From the NCBI GenBank assembly GCA_050273025.1, contig CP158635.1, forward strand, positions 26,226,001-26,290,000: a stretch of 64,000 nt of DNA, written 5' to 3'. The stretch comes from Cenococcum geophilum (Eukaryota). The notes beneath the pieces are model-generated. The model was not told the origin of the DNA. It made no database searches and saw only the letters and a program-made list of their open reading frames with translations. Position 1 is the stretch's first letter. Each line of letters begins with the position of its first letter. Position numbers and translations under genes: made by a program. Below are positions 63,079 through 64,000 of this stretch, in pieces.

Positions 63079-64000
63079 ATGTCTTCCGGAGCATTCGGGA
63101 AGAGTTTAACTCTAGCTGCTGCGTTTGCCACATTAGTTCTTGCAGCACCCACACCATTAGCACCACGAAACAACTTGGGTTGGGTTAGCCCAGAATACTA
63201 TTGGATTTTCCAGTACCCGCTACCAATTCCGCCTATCAAAACCATTACAACGTAAGTAGGGAAACTCGCTATGGTTACATCAGAGTTGACTCGAGTTCGC
63301 TAGGACGTGGACAAACTCGTCTACAGGAGCAGTTATTGATTTTTATGAGGTTTCTATTCAGTCCTTCGAACAGCAAATTTACCCGAATCTGCCGAAGACT
63401 AAACTCGTTGGATACGATGGAATGTCTCCAGGACCAACTTTCGAGATGCAGAAGGGTATCGGTAAGATGAGTCCCGATGTCTGCTAGCTTAGGACCGCGG
63501 TTGTTAAATGAAGCCATCTGGGGTGACATGCATGCAGAGGCTGTAGCCCGATTCAGCAATAACTCTCCAAGAGAGACCTCGGTTCATGTGCACGGCCAAT
63601 ACAGTAAGCGTTCAACCTGCTACCTTCCACATACCCTTACGCTGACTAATTGCTAAGGCCGATCACCATTTGATGGCTGGGCAGCGGATACAAGTCAACC
63701 TGGACAATACAAAGTATTTCATCCGTGTCAATACGATACTGCATACATTAATATATTATAGGACTATTACTATCCTAATGGGCAGAACGCTCGCACCCTC
63801 TGGTACCATGTAAGGAACCCAGATTCTACAAATGCAATGCGTATCTATATCAGTGTGCTTTAGGTTGCAGCGTTGCATGAACATATTGGTCTAGGATCCT
63901 TTTCAACAAATTCCGTGCTAATCTAAACAGGATCATGCAGAATTCATAACTGCTGAGAATGTATATGAAGGATTGGCTGGTTTCTACATCATCAATGATT
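63079..64000 (+). CDS. Secreted multicopper oxidase (bilirubin oxidase-like), 5' part, runs off the window
   Basis: Signal peptide, SPEY..FQYPLPIPP, LVGYDGMSPGPTF, Cu motifs SVHVHG and RTLWYH|DHA, FDGWA and YYYPN. Many short introns. Confidence 0.9.

Overview
A eukaryotic, intron-rich window from a filamentous ascomycete (Pezizomycotina; Dothideomycete-like is an inference from gene content and intron style). Conserved genes are CDC14, a SET-domain methyltransferase, facB/CAT8, KTI12, an F-box protein, a DUF3431 protein, LAG1, VPS38/UVRAG, MHR1, MIP1 (Pol gamma), a SIM-RING ubiquitin ligase and the 5' part of a multicopper oxidase. Two accessory blocks interrupt them. The first (about 22.5-38 kb) has a HET-domain gene, a full-length RIP-mutated Fot1/pogo transposon, a RIP-mutated Tc1 (DD34E) element nested in an unclassified TIR element, an orphan gene and an intact patatin-fold gene that has lost its catalytic motifs. 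The second (about 47.4-54 kb) has two pseudogenes, an FAD monooxygenase and a nest of MITEs, including a hAT MITE inserted in the last 8 bp of a Fot1-type TIR. The best novelty candidates are the pseudo-patatin and an unannotated intergenic segment (11.88-12.24 kb) whose ends can pair like a structured ncRNA. No tRNA, rRNA or CRISPR array was seen. Exon boundaries were read by eye, and no database search or folding was run.
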